This document shows, one piece after another, positions 1 through 9,445 of a stretch of DNA of 64,000 nucleotides (its first letter is position 1; the number at the start of each line of letters is the position of its first letter). The notes beneath the pieces were generated by a model. That model was not told the DNA's origin, did not search any database, and saw nothing but the letters and a program-made list of their open reading frames with translations. Location: NCBI GenBank assembly GCA_963736005.1, contig CAVTNB010000002.1:37444-101443 (forward strand), in the 5' to 3' direction. The position numbers and the translations under genes were made by a program. This DNA is from an uncultured Pseudomonadota bacterium (lineage in GTDB: Bacteria > Vulcanimicrobiota > Vulcanimicrobiia > Eremiobacterales > Eremiobacteraceae).

Positions 1-1295
1 ATTCTACCGATGCGGGCTGCTAGAGCGAGGGCGCTCGACAAGCGCACGGGTTCCCAGGACTCCCGGGCACAGAATTCTTCCATTTCCTCAAGAAGTTCTG
101 GCTGACTGCGCAACATCTGCGCAAGCAGGACCACATCCCGAAGTTTGTATACGCCTATGGAATGTACGCACAGGTGCAGAGCCGATCCGAATGTATCGAG
201 ACAACCGGCTGTGCCCGCAGCTGTTGTTACGGAAGTGATGTGCGATTCAAGTGTGTGCCAATCCAATATCTGCGACAACCTTCGCGGTGGCGCGAGCGCG
301 AAGTGCAGTTCGACGTTGAGGCCTTTGGTCGGTGGCACAAGCGGCGCGGCATGATGATGATACGCAAGATACAGCGAGACATCTTGCTCGCACCCATATT
401 GGTAACCGTGCCGGCGCAGCGCATCGGCACCGGCCGAAATCAAGTCAGCGGGAAGCAAGATGTCGATATCGGTGCTGGGGTGGAGCTCCATGCCTGGCAA
501 TCCAGCGAAAAGACGGGCCGAGCTTTTCAAAAGGGCGAAAGGTAGACCTTCGTTATTGAAAATGTGAACGATTTCTTCGATCTGCTTTCTGGTGCTGTCG
601 CTCTCGTGCTCGATCCTGAGGGTTGAGGTCTCGAGGCCTCGAGCGAGCGGCTCGTAGTGGGAGAGATCGACCAACTTCCCGCAGCGCATGCCTTCTAACA
701 AAATGCTCGTACAGCCGTGGCGCAACGCTATCCCGATGAGCGACGAGGCACTGCACGAGTCGATGGCTGCTCCTAGTGCTACCCAGTCGTCATTGACGAT
801 TGCGGTCATCGCATCCAAGAGAGCCTTGAAAGGGAACGACGCCGGATACACGCCTGCCAACTGCAATGCACCGTGACCCATACTCCGAAGCCGCACGGCA
901 AGGGCCCGCAGCGAATGCGAACGCGCCGCAAGGGCGCTACGCGCGCTAAAATACTTGGCATTGAGCGGACGCGCAGTCGGTGAATCGTCGCTATAGACGG
1001 CGTCCAGCTCGCCAACTATTTGTCGCTCCTTTACGGCAGACACCGCAAGCGGATAAGCATCTCCGCAGACGATCCAACTCCCATTACGTTTCCCTATGAT
1101 GCGACGGAGCACCACGTCCCCGCCAAGATCGAGCGCGACGATTGTGTTCTTTGCGGTGTGCGGATCAAAGGGGGCGAGCGACAGCACCATTGGCTCGCGC
1201 AGCAAGGGACACATCGCGCGCCCCCTCACAGCCACGCGCGGCCGCTGCTGCGCGATAGTCGCGAGCCGAAGCGCCGTGCTTTCGATACTCCCCAT
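1..1295 (-). CDS. nucleotidyltransferase family protein (NTP_transf_5/PF14907-like); C-terminus runs off the left edge
   Basis: My own minus-strand translation is open from ATG at 1295 to position 1; it is absent from the ORF track because no stop lies in the window. It reads MGSIESTALRLATIAQQRP...LPGMELHPSTDIDILLPADLISAGADALRRHGYQ... The hG-x-STDIDILLP...GY core is typical of this nucleotidyltransferase family. ATGA overlap with the gmhB-like stop. Confidence 0.6.
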   Translation of the reverse strand, partial: MGSIESTALRLATIAQQRPRVAVRGRAMCPLLREPMVLSLAPFDPHTAKNTIVALDLGGDVVLRRIIGKRNGSWIVCGDAYPLAVSAVKERQIVGELDAVYSDDSPTARPLNAKYFSARSALAARSHSLRALAVRLRSMGHGALQLAGVYPASFPFKALLDAMTAIVNDDWVALGAAIDSCSASSLIGIALRHGCTSILLEGMRCGKLVDLSHYEPLARGLETSTLRIEHESDSTRKQIEEIVHIFNNEGLPFALLKSSARLFAGLPGMELHPSTDIDILLPADLISAGADALRRHGYQYGCEQDVSLYLAYHHHAAPLVPPTKGLNVELHFALAPPRRLSQILDWHTLESHITSVTTAAGTAGCLDTFGSALHLCVHSIGVYKLRDVVLLAQMLRSQPELLEEMEEFCARESWEPVRLSSALALAARIGR

Positions 1296-1849
1296 CAAGG
1301 GTGCAGCGCGGTTGACACGCGCAGGTCTCCCACGATACCCAAAACGGCGGCGCTCAGACTGTCGTCCAGTGCCGGATCGACAAAGTGTGCTTTGCAACCC
1401 GCGGCCCGTGCGGCCTCCATGTCTGAAAGCGAGTCCCCGAGGAGGTGACATTCAGCGAGGTCCAAACCAAAATCGCGTGCTGCTGCCTGCAACATCGCGG
1501 TCCCTGGTTTTCGACACGAACAAATAACTTCCGGTGCGTGTGGGCAGCAATACCACGCGGTGAGGTTGATGCCGTGGGAGCCAAGCGACCAGCGCATGCT
1601 CTCCATGATGCCCACCAAACCAGCTTCGTCAAGCATACCCTTCCCGACGCACGCCTGGTTGGATACAATGATGAGCGGAAAATGGGCAGCTTGCAGCAGC
1701 GATAATCCTGCGATGGCATCGCGTCGCCATCGGAACTGCTCCCAGCGCGTGACGTACCCGCCTGGGATTTTTTCGTTGATCACGCCATCGCGATCGAGAA
1801 AGACGCACCGGTGAAGGACACACCGATCTGACGCTTGCCAACAAATCAT
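1295..1849 (-). CDS. gmhB: D-glycero-D-manno-heptose 1,7-bisphosphate phosphatase-like HAD-IIIA hydrolase
   Basis: 184-aa ORF with the HAD motif I FLDRDGVIN, SNQ motif and the GmhB-type zinc loop CCPHAPEVICSCRKP. Confidence 0.8.
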   Translation of the reverse strand: MICWQASDRCVLHRCVFLDRDGVINEKIPGGYVTRWEQFRWRRDAIAGLSLLQAAHFPLIIVSNQACVGKGMLDEAGLVGIMESMRWSLGSHGINLTAWYCCPHAPEVICSCRKPGTAMLQAAARDFGLDLAECHLLGDSLSDMEAARAAGCKAHFVDPALDDSLSAAVLGIVGDLRVSTALHP

Positions 1850-2002
1850 GAGCGACTGCTTCTCTAAATGCCACCCGAGTGTTGCTGCTTTCGACTTGGC
1901 GGCACGCTGCCGAACAGCCTTAGTACCTTGAGCGGCCGCACCAGGGCCTTGCGTCCCTATAGCATCACTTGCGCCGCTAGGGTAGGCAGTTTTGAGTGCA
2001 CC

Positions 2003-3502
2003 TCAGGCGCGCTTTTTGTGCAATTGCGTGGCAACCACGATGAGCACTACCAGCACGATCAGGAGCGTTATGTAAGCGTCTTCTCTCCTCAAGGGACGGC
2101 CAGGTTCGTCGACGGGCTGTTTCATAATCTCTGGCGCAGGCAATACGAAGTTGGTTGGGAGCAACATCGGCCGGATTGGCCGTTGCCGGAAATTGAATTC
2201 CTCGTACAAGTCCCCGAGTACTGGCTCTCGTTCGCGAACGCTCGGGCGTCGATCCGGACGGCCATCCGTTTTTGGATCGAGCCGTTGCGAGCTCAGAAAC
2301 ACGTCTTCAATGAACTTAGCATATGCATCGAAACTGAGTACTTGGTGATCTATAAAGCCGCGTCTTGCATACGGACTAATGAGCAAGCCAGGAACGCGCG
2401 GGCCGTAACCATTGACATCGACGCGAGGTGGTGCAACGTGATCGTAAAAGCCTCCCCAATCATCCCACGTCAGAAAAATGGCGGTGCTATTCCATTGTGG
2501 CCCTTGCATTGCCGCGTTGATAAGGCTCGTGACATACGCTTGTCCATCCTTCACATCATAAGGCGGATGTTCGCTGAAACGGCTGTTAGGACAAATCCAG
2601 GAAACTGCGGGCAAATGCCCGCTCTTTGCCGCCGCAAAGTAATCTGCAAGTCCGCGAATACTTGCTAGCTCATGATCTTCTCTCACGGTTTCAAACCATG
2701 GCAAGGGATTCCAAATTGACGGCGTATCCGCTGATTGGGAAACGTGCGGCGTTGCCATCGCATCGTCATCTTCTGTGTCGGGTGCGAAGCCGCCAAACAC
2801 ATAGTAAGCCCAGCTCACATGGTTCTTATGAAGCAGAAACGTCAAATCCGTCCACGAGTACGTCGGCGACGGGTTGTCGCTATTCACGTCGACCGCGTTG
2901 CTGCAGGACATGGGATCAGCAGAACCACACTTGGCCGACCACTCAGAGACGAGGAACAGGTGCGCCGGTAAGCTCCAGCTTGCGATCGATTCGAACATGT
3001 GATCTTGCAGCACAAAATACTTGGCATATGCCCAATAATTGGGAATCTCTCGGCCGTCGTGATAGCCCATCACATCTTTCCCCGAGCCGCCACACGCCGG
3101 ATCTAAGATTCTGCGGCAGCGCTTCAACCTGCGTTGGGCCTGCGCAATAAATCCATCCATCTTGCCGCCGTCGATGTCGGCCAAGGCTGCGTCATGCCCA
3201 TGGGGACCGCCGTAATTCACAACGCTTGCGTCGTGGAAGGGTGGAGTGCACCCTGTATTTTTTGGATCAGGTACACATTGCACGGGCTTGCCGTCTCGAA
3301 AGCGGATTCCGTCCGCTCCAGGATACGTTCCGAAATAGCTATCAAACGAACGGTTCTCTTGGACAATAATAATGATATGTTCTATCCTGCCTGTCGCGCT
3401 GTGCACCCCCGCGCCTTGGGCGGCAGAGCTCTCAACGGACCCACATGCAAAGAGTAGGGTCCCCACGAGAAGAGGTGCGACATATTTCATTCGGCCCCTC
3501 AA
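2003..3502 (-). CDS. phosphoesterase family protein (phospholipase C / acid phosphatase AcpA-like), signal peptide and C-terminal TM anchor
   Basis: 499 aa. N-terminal signal [12 protein letters not shown], the family-defining [24 protein letters not shown] motif, and a hydrophobic tail [17 protein letters not shown]. Confidence 0.8.
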   Translation of the reverse strand: MRGRMKYVAPLLVGTLLFACGSVESSAAQGAGVHSATGRIEHIIIIVQENRSFDSYFGTYPGADGIRFRDGKPVQCVPDPKNTGCTPPFHDASVVNYGGPHGHDAALADIDGGKMDGFIAQAQRRLKRCRRILDPACGGSGKDVMGYHDGREIPNYWAYAKYFVLQDHMFESIASWSLPAHLFLVSEWSAKCGSADPMSCSNAVDVNSDNPSPTYSWTDLTFLLHKNHVSWAYYVFGGFAPDTEDDDAMATPHVSQSADTPSIWNPLPWFETVREDHELASIRGLADYFAAAKSGHLPAVSWICPNSRFSEHPPYDVKDGQAYVTSLINAAMQGPQWNSTAIFLTWDDWGGFYDHVAPPRVDVNGYGPRVPGLLISPYARRGFIDHQVLSFDAYAKFIEDVFLSSQRLDPKTDGRPDRRPSVREREPVLGDLYEEFNFRQRPIRPMLLPTNFVLPAPEIMKQPVDEPGRPLRREDAYITLLIVLVVLIVVATQLHKKRA

Positions 3503-4461
3503 CGGTGCTGCTGCGCTAGGAGCGCCTGCGCCGCGGTTGTATCTGGCAGGACGCCAGTTGAGTAGATGGAGTCCAAACCAAAAAGCGCCACGAGATCGAA
3601 GGCCCGTTGCAGATCAGCTCCGCTAACTTCGTCTTTCCACGCACTCACTAAATTTGCTCCGGTTCGGATGGCGGAAGTCCGGCGCGTTGTGGATGACGGT
3701 TTGGCATACGCCATCTGGACGTTGTCACTCATCGGTTGACCAATGAACTCGAAGAGACGGGCCATTTCTGCCTGCGGGTGGAGGAGCAGATTTTCATAGA
3801 ACATGAGGTGCGTGTTGTTTGGCGTGAGCTCGCGCAGCGGCACGTAGTTCTGAATGCACCAATTGAGAACGTGCTGGTCCCATTCCGGGCCCGATCGCGC
3901 AGCCACCATGCGGTCATAGAATGGTGCAAGCTGATCTTCGATGAGCTCTCGCTGCAGGAAGTATTCCTGAAAAACGTTCGGCAGTCGCCGTTGGATGGTC
4001 GAGTAGGCGACAGCGGCGGGGTGCCGCATGACAAAGATGATTGGTACTTCGGGATGCCGGTCGCGCAGCCAATGCAACCATAGGTTTGCCCGACATTCCT
4101 TGATCAGGCGCTTGTGAAAGACCAGGCGATTATACGGCTGCACCGAGCGATTGTACTCGTTCGAGCGAATCCAATTCCAAACGCGATGCCCACGCAGCGT
4201 GCGCTCAACGGGAACGACGTAGCGCTCTTCGCTGTTTCCTTTACGCAGATACAGCACCGGTCGTAAGGCCGGCCATACCGCCGGGCCAAAAGGTTCATGG
4301 TAATAGCGGTAACTATGGTCGTGGTTGACCAATTGCGCTAGCCACGTGGTGCCTGAGCGGCCGCTGCCCGCGATGAACACTGCGTGCTGCGCGCCCAACC
4401 GTCGCTCGAATACTGGCAACCAGCCCCAACCTGGGCGGCGTTTCGTCCGTTTCACGCTCAA
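3499..4461 (-). CDS. sulfotransferase family protein
   Basis: 320 aa. PAPS 5'-phosphosulfate-binding loop [17 protein letters not shown] near the N-terminus. 4-nt overlap with the downstream phosphoesterase gene. Confidence 0.75.
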   Translation of the reverse strand: MSVKRTKRRPGWGWLPVFERRLGAQHAVFIAGSGRSGTTWLAQLVNHDHSYRYYHEPFGPAVWPALRPVLYLRKGNSEERYVVPVERTLRGHRVWNWIRSNEYNRSVQPYNRLVFHKRLIKECRANLWLHWLRDRHPEVPIIFVMRHPAAVAYSTIQRRLPNVFQEYFLQRELIEDQLAPFYDRMVAARSGPEWDQHVLNWCIQNYVPLRELTPNNTHLMFYENLLLHPQAEMARLFEFIGQPMSDNVQMAYAKPSSTTRRTSAIRTGANLVSAWKDEVSGADLQRAFDLVALFGLDSIYSTGVLPDTTAAQALLAQQHR

Positions 4462-4478
4462 CCGTCTTGTACTATAAT
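4451..4478 (+). promoter_or_regulatory. candidate sigma70-type promoter for the GT4 gene (TTCACG-N16-TATAAT)
   Basis: Perfect TATAAT at 4473-4478 with a 4/6 -35 match 16 nt upstream, in the AT-richer divergent region between the sulfotransferase and GT4 genes. Confidence 0.25.
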
Positions 4479-4579
4479 GGCGAGGCCGTCAAAAAAACTT
4501 GACGACTTGGGTATCGTATTTGTAGTTCACCAGCTGATAGCAATCCACTGCTGGGGCAGCATGCTGATATGATTTCATA

Positions 4580-5743
4580 ATGCGCGTAGCTTATCTGACC
4601 CGGTTTGACGTTACGGATCGTGCCAGCGTGCCCGCGTTGGGCGGCGCGGGCTATGCCAGCTATTACATCGCCCAAACGCTAGAAACCATGGGTGTGTCCC
4701 TGACGCGTGTGAACGGTCTGCCATCAAGCCTCTCGCTCGCTACCCGGCTTACGTCCGCGTTTTACCGCCGTGTCTATCACCAAAACTACAACATCGCAGC
4801 CAACCCAACAATCATCAAACGCCAAGCGAAGTACGTAGCGCAAAAGCTGGCTGCGGCCGACTACGACATTATTCTGACGCGAATACTCTTACCACTTGCA
4901 CACCTCCACGTGGACAAACCAGTTGTCGTGTGGACAGACGGAAGCGCGCGCGGCCTGTTCGATTTTTATCCGCAGCTTACAAACCTATCCGAGCGCAGCA
5001 AGCGTGAGACCCTTGCTATGGAATTGGCTGCCCTCGAACACTGCAGCCTCATCATTTATAGCTCTGAATGGGCGGCAAGCCACGCGCCAGATCGCATCGA
5101 CCGAAGAAAAATCAAAATTGTTCCTTTCGGCGCCAACTGCGAATGTGACCGCACGGTAAGTGATATTCAAGCCATCGCTGAGATGAAACCTATGCGACCG
5201 TACAGGTTGCTCTTCGTGGGCGGCGCATGGAATCGCAAAGGTGGTCTGATTGCGTGCCAGGTGGCGAAGGCTCTCTCTGACGTTGGGTACTCCACAACCC
5301 TCACCGTGATCGGCCGCAAGCCGGACATCCCGAAGGAGTTTGGAGGGGTTGTTAACCTTGTGGGCTTCCTCGACCAATCTCGCGCACAGGGGCAACAGCG
5401 GTGGAGTGAGCTCATGCGTGAGTCGCATTTTTTGATTCTGCCGAGCAGAGCGGACTGTTCTCCGCACGTGCTGGCGGAAGCCAACTCCTTTGGACTGCCC
5501 TGCTTGACGACGAACGTCGGCGGAATCCCCGGGATCATCCGTGATGGGGTCAATGGCAAGCTCTTCCGTCTTGAAGCCGATCCTCGGGATTACCGCGACT
5601 TTGTCGTGAGTCAGCTCGAGGACCCACAACGGTACCGGCGCCTCATGCTGGCTTCCTTTCAAGAATTCCAAACTCGCTTGAATTGGCGCGTCGCGTGCCA
5701 GCGAGTTGGGGCGTTGCTCGAAGGTTTGATGACTACGATGTAG
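4580..5743 (+). CDS. glycosyltransferase family 4 (GT-B, GT1/GT4 type)
   Basis: 387 aa. C-terminal GT-B signature ILPSRADCSPHVLAEANSFGLPCLTTNVGGIPGIIRDGVNGKLF. Confidence 0.85.
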   Translation: MRVAYLTRFDVTDRASVPALGGAGYASYYIAQTLETMGVSLTRVNGLPSSLSLATRLTSAFYRRVYHQNYNIAANPTIIKRQAKYVAQKLAAADYDIILTRILLPLAHLHVDKPVVVWTDGSARGLFDFYPQLTNLSERSKRETLAMELAALEHCSLIIYSSEWAASHAPDRIDRRKIKIVPFGANCECDRTVSDIQAIAEMKPMRPYRLLFVGGAWNRKGGLIACQVAKALSDVGYSTTLTVIGRKPDIPKEFGGVVNLVGFLDQSRAQGQQRWSELMRESHFLILPSRADCSPHVLAEANSFGLPCLTTNVGGIPGIIRDGVNGKLFRLEADPRDYRDFVVSQLEDPQRYRRLMLASFQEFQTRLNWRVACQRVGALLEGLMTTM

Positions 5744-6224
5744 CTTCGAGAGGTGTCAGCGGCACTTCTTTGATGCGGACATTGAAGATCTCGTCCGGCG
5801 CGTCGAAGTGTTGTCCCCCAACGGATATCCAGGCGTGCCCGCGCAATCGTTCGTGGGGGTTGGGTTGCTCTTCAATGCCAAAATGGATCTTCACCGGCTG
5901 ATCGCCGGCGTCAAGAAAACGGTAGAGGGTCAGGGCACGGACGTAGCAGTTATCTCGCGAACGTAAAAACGGTAAGCGCAAATTCAGGGCACGCAAACGC
6001 GCGATGCGTTCTTGACTCTGCTCGATGCTGGGCGCTGCCGGCCGACGGCACTCTCGCAGATCCGCGAGAAAAGACCGGAGGTTTCGTCGCCTCAACAGAG
6101 CGGGCACACGCCACATGAAGTAGCCGATCTGCAAGGCGAGCCAAAGGTCGTCGGGTCGACGGACGAATGCGCGGTAGCGCTGCGCAAAACCACGTGGCGT
6201 CCACTTGGGCGCGAGCTTGTTCAC
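5733..6224 (-). CDS. lasso-peptide-biosynthesis B2-type protein (McjB C-terminal / transglutaminase-like cysteine protease fold)
   Basis: The ORF-track frame 5733..6374 contains DNCYVRALTLYRFLDAGDQPVKIHFGIEEQPNPHERLRGHAWISVGGQHFDAPDE, matching the Cys / His (HAW) / Asp arrangement of B2 leader peptidases. Likely start is GTG at 6224, overlapping the GT2 stop as GTGA; the maximal ORF start is 6374. Confidence 0.65.
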   Translation of the reverse strand: MNKLAPKWTPRGFAQRYRAFVRRPDDLWLALQIGYFMWRVPALLRRRNLRSFLADLRECRRPAAPSIEQSQERIARLRALNLRLPFLRSRDNCYVRALTLYRFLDAGDQPVKIHFGIEEQPNPHERLRGHAWISVGGQHFDAPDEIFNVRIKEVPLTPLEATS

Positions 6225-7108
6225 CACCGCGCACGCTCTCTTCGATCGAGCTGAGTTGCGACGAAGCCAACCCGCTGGGCAAGTTTCTTCACAAACATGC
6301 CGCGTGCATACAAGAACCGCTCGTTGTTGGGAACGCGCCATGCGGACAAACTCAGGCGGCCGATATCCGCCCACTCTTTGAGCTCATCGCCGATGGTCCA
6401 TCGACATTCGTCGCGATGGTGCAAGACAAATTGTGCGTAGCCTTTGCCGTACGAATATTGCTGCCGCCAGAAACCCTTCCAATCTGCGCGATGCCGATGA
6501 AACACGACAGCCCGCGAAGCATACACGAACTCGCCCGGCTGCGCTTTCAGAATGCGGTTGTGCAAGTCGCAGGCCTCGTACGATGTATATCGTTCGTCAA
6601 ACCCGCCTGCGTCTTCCAAAACGCTTTTCCGATACATGAGGTTGCTCGACGGCGCAAAAGGAAACTTTGGATGAGAGAGATGACGTTGCGCGTCCAAGCT
6701 CCCGATGAGATCGCAAAAGTGTGCAGCATCAGTCGTTGAATCGAGGCCGAGCGTACGACCGCCGGCGCCGATACACTGCGCGGTCGAGGTGGACGACTGC
6801 GCGACGGCGGCGAGGAGTGAACGCAGCCACGATCGGGAAGGCACGCAATCGGCATCCGTAAACGCGATCCACTTACCTCGTGCCACAGCGACGCCAGCGT
6901 TGCGCGCAGCTCCTGCTCCCTTGTTTTGCTGGCCGAGGACGCGGACATCAAAGGATTGCGCCAGTGTTTGTGTGCCATCACGCGACCCGTCATCGACCAC
7001 GATGATCTCGTACAAGTCTTCGCAGTCTTGGTTGCACAGTGCATTGAGGCACTCGGCCAAAGTCTTTTCGGCATTGAATGCGGGAACAACGACGCTTGCC
7101 AGTGTCAC
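6221..7108 (-). CDS. glycosyltransferase family 2
   Basis: VVVPAFNAEKTLAECLNAL...IIVVDDGSRDGT...FTDADCVP are GT-A/GT2 motifs. GTG at 7108 gives the usual short N-terminus (MTLASVVVPAFN). The only other in-frame start is GTG at 7234, which overlaps the upstream gene by 55 nt. Confidence 0.8.
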   Translation of the reverse strand: MTLASVVVPAFNAEKTLAECLNALCNQDCEDLYEIIVVDDGSRDGTQTLAQSFDVRVLGQQNKGAGAARNAGVAVARGKWIAFTDADCVPSRSWLRSLLAAVAQSSTSTAQCIGAGGRTLGLDSTTDAAHFCDLIGSLDAQRHLSHPKFPFAPSSNLMYRKSVLEDAGGFDERYTSYEACDLHNRILKAQPGEFVYASRAVVFHRHRADWKGFWRQQYSYGKGYAQFVLHHRDECRWTIGDELKEWADIGRLSLSAWRVPNNERFLYARGMFVKKLAQRVGFVATQLDRRERARW

Positions 7109-7179
7109 CGCGTTAGTATAGCCAATAGGACGTTTTGCCCGCGTGAAGCACGTGGCCCAAAGCGGGGGTCTTGGAAGTC

Positions 7180-7722
7180 CTAATCCGGGGGTTCGTCGGC
7201 AGCTCCGGTCGCGAGGTACGTTACGATGTCCCACGCATTGCGAATTCCGATGAAGATCAATAACACGATACCGCCGGCGATAGCGAAGAGCGCTTTCGTT
7301 GGAACCGCGGGAAGGGTAATCGCACCTCCGAAGATCGCAAAGTAAGCGATAAATGGAAGGATATTATACCACGTCCAATCTTCGAGGTCGGGAATATACA
7401 CGGTGAGACGCTTGGTTTGGTACATCACGCGCAGAATATACACAATGCCGAAGAGACCGGCAAACCCGATGAAGACGGCGGCGTGAAACAGCAAGTGCCA
7501 AGGTGCGTTGAGCACCGCCGAGATTAATAATGCCGCGCTGAAGTGCATGACCGTCGGCGTGCTGAACGTCGCCATCCCGTCCGGGTTTTTTCGCACGCGT
7601 TCCGTTCGGTTCACTAGCGTGATCACGACGAACATTAATCCCGTCAGGGCTGCGGCCGACGAGCCGGTCATGACGTAGAAATTCGACCACGGGGTGAGAA
7701 ACGATGATGCGGTCTCAGCCAT
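7180..7722 (-). CDS. hypothetical integral membrane protein (about 5 TM helices)
   Basis: Five hydrophobic segments, e.g. AAALTGLMFVVITLV and ALFAIAGGIVLLIFIGI. ATG at 7722 lies 1 nt after the amine oxidase stop; the maximal ORF has a TTG at 7743. No family recognised. Confidence 0.5.
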   Translation of the reverse strand: MAETASSFLTPWSNFYVMTGSSAAALTGLMFVVITLVNRTERVRKNPDGMATFSTPTVMHFSAALLISAVLNAPWHLLFHAAVFIGFAGLFGIVYILRVMYQTKRLTVYIPDLEDWTWYNILPFIAYFAIFGGAITLPAVPTKALFAIAGGIVLLIFIGIRNAWDIVTYLATGAADEPPD

Positions 7723-7723
7723 C

Positions 7724-9148
7724 CTATCCCACCGTCGTGCCAAGTGAGGTTGCGACCTCCGCAGCGGCGCGCTCGCCAGTTTCCAGCGCTCCGTTTACCG
7801 TGCCGCCTTGGCCGTCGCCCGCCGTCGCCTCGCCTGCGAAAAATAAAGTGTTGTCGACTGGCGCCGCGAGCATTGCTCGAGCATTTCCTCCCCCAACGAC
7901 AACGTAACTATACGCCCCGCCCGCGAACTGGTCGCGGCTCCAATCATGCATGGCGCTGCCCTCGAACTCTTTGCTCACGAGCGTGGGCTCGTCCAACAAT
8001 GCTCCAACGCCGTTCAGGGCGCGTTCGATGACTTCCGCCTCCGGGGCGTCGCGGAGTGCAATTGCATTCGGCCCTCCGGCCCACGCGACGATGAGCTCGC
8101 TGCGCACCGGCAATTGTGTCCAGTACGCCGTGAACGGCTGCCCAGGGCAGCGAAAGAAGGCACTGTCGCGGTAGCGCCCGTTGCGGATCCGCTCCCAAAA
8201 CGCCGTTCGAAACCACAACATTACCTTGACTGCGTGGCCCATCTCAATATTTCGAAGCGCTTGACGTTTGGCCGCGGGCAGGTCGGGTTCGAATGCGACC
8301 CCTGTCTCGTTGCCACTCTGTCGGAGAACAGCCACCGGGAGCGTGACGACGACAGCTCGCGCATGAATGGTCCGCAATTCTCCGGATGGGCTGCTCACCT
8401 TGACGGCAACGGCACCAGCGCGCCAGGAAATACGCTGCACGATTGTCGACAAGCATATCTGAACGCCCGCCGCAGTGCACGACGCATGCAAGTGCTCGAA
8501 CATCGGCCCGTAGCCTCCGAGCGGCCGACTGCTCGTAGAATCGACGCCCGATCGCAACTCATCTGCAATTGACTTCACGCTTGCAATCGCGGGATCAGCC
8601 GCTTCGAATCCCTCGACGAATGCTCGCGCCGCCTCCGCCATGTGGCGGGTGGCCTCATCTCTCTCGAGGCGCCGCAGAAATTGATCGGCGCTCTCGTCCA
8701 TCGCGAGCGACCGTGCTCCCTCCAAGACGCGAGAAGCCAAGCTAAACTCTCTATCGTCGCGTCGCAGGCCGCTGTCCTCGCTGCACCTCCACGACTCGCC
8801 GCCCGTGGCGACGGCTTTCATTCCGGCGTCGCGTAGCAGCGCCATCGTGTGCGGAGCCTCGCCATGGATAAACTCTGCGCCGAGTTCGGCCGGCATGGTT
8901 ATTTGCGCCACCTGACGCGACCACACGCGGCCGCCAATTCGGTCGCGTGCCTCCAGCACGATCGCCCGCAGCGATCGGGCAGCCAGGACCCGAGCGGCCG
9001 CAAGTCCGGCTGCGCCAGCACCGATGACGACGACGTCCGTGTCCATGACGGGGAGTATACGGAGGGCGAGCGGCTTTCTCTTCATAAAAATAGGCGAATG
9101 CCAACCGATTTTCGCGACGGTCGCACGTTCCCGCGTCGCGGTCGCCAT
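7724..9148 (-). CDS. FAD-dependent amine oxidase family oxidoreductase
   Basis: Rossmann motif DVVVIGAGAAGLAAARVLA...LEARDRIGGRV and C-terminal FFAGEAT, typical of flavin amine oxidases. The true start is probably internal (MDTDVVVIGAG at 9046, or 9085), because the maximal ORF overlaps the divergent DUF5069 gene. Confidence 0.8.
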   Translation of the reverse strand: MATATRERATVAKIGWHSPIFMKRKPLALRILPVMDTDVVVIGAGAAGLAAARVLAARSLRAIVLEARDRIGGRVWSRQVAQITMPAELGAEFIHGEAPHTMALLRDAGMKAVATGGESWRCSEDSGLRRDDREFSLASRVLEGARSLAMDESADQFLRRLERDEATRHMAEAARAFVEGFEAADPAIASVKSIADELRSGVDSTSSRPLGGYGPMFEHLHASCTAAGVQICLSTIVQRISWRAGAVAVKVSSPSGELRTIHARAVVVTLPVAVLRQSGNETGVAFEPDLPAAKRQALRNIEMGHAVKVMLWFRTAFWERIRNGRYRDSAFFRCPGQPFTAYWTQLPVRSELIVAWAGGPNAIALRDAPEAEVIERALNGVGALLDEPTLVSKEFEGSAMHDWSRDQFAGGAYSYVVVGGGNARAMLAAPVDNTLFFAGEATAGDGQGGTVNGALETGERAAAEVATSLGTTVG

Positions 9149-9445
9149 CCGTTAGGGAGTTTCTTGTGGCTAGCCCGGGTTTTCGATAAGGCTCGAGCCT
9201 CCAAGGCGGGCACCATCTACGATTATATCTATCCGTGCCCCATGGACCTTGGCATGTTCGAACGGTGGGGGATCACCGTCGAGGAATTTGAGGGAGCCAT
9301 GAGCGAGCATGGCGACGATCAAGCACTGCGCCAATGGGCTCAATCACGCATCGCTCAGCAAGCTTGCGACGCCGCAAACTCGTGGTTGGTCACGGAAAAG
9401 TTCGAAAATCTCGACCGCCAAGATCGCGAGGAGAACGTTTTCTGA
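9098..9445 (+). CDS. DUF5069 domain-containing protein
   Basis: Within ORF 8849..9445. From ATG 9098 it reads MPTDFRDGRTFPRRGRHPLGSFLWLARVFDKARASKAGTIYDYIYPCPMD..., matching the PR...L.R..DK.RA...Y.Y.C..D pattern I recall for DUF5069. Confidence 0.55.
   Translation: MPTDFRDGRTFPRRGRHPLGSFLWLARVFDKARASKAGTIYDYIYPCPMDLGMFERWGITVEEFEGAMSEHGDDQALRQWAQSRIAQQACDAANSWLVTEKFENLDRQDREENVF

Noticed and set aside
4477-4572. 31-aa ORF (MARPSKKLDDLGIVFVVHQLIAIHCWGSMLI) in the gap next to the sulfotransferase and GT4 genes, as a candidate lasso/RiPP precursor.
   Set aside because: It has no Thr at -2 and no Asp/Glu at core position 7-9 after a Gly/Ala/Ser/Cys. It has no RBS, and its ATG overlaps the best -10 box, so it would probably lie upstream of the transcript start.
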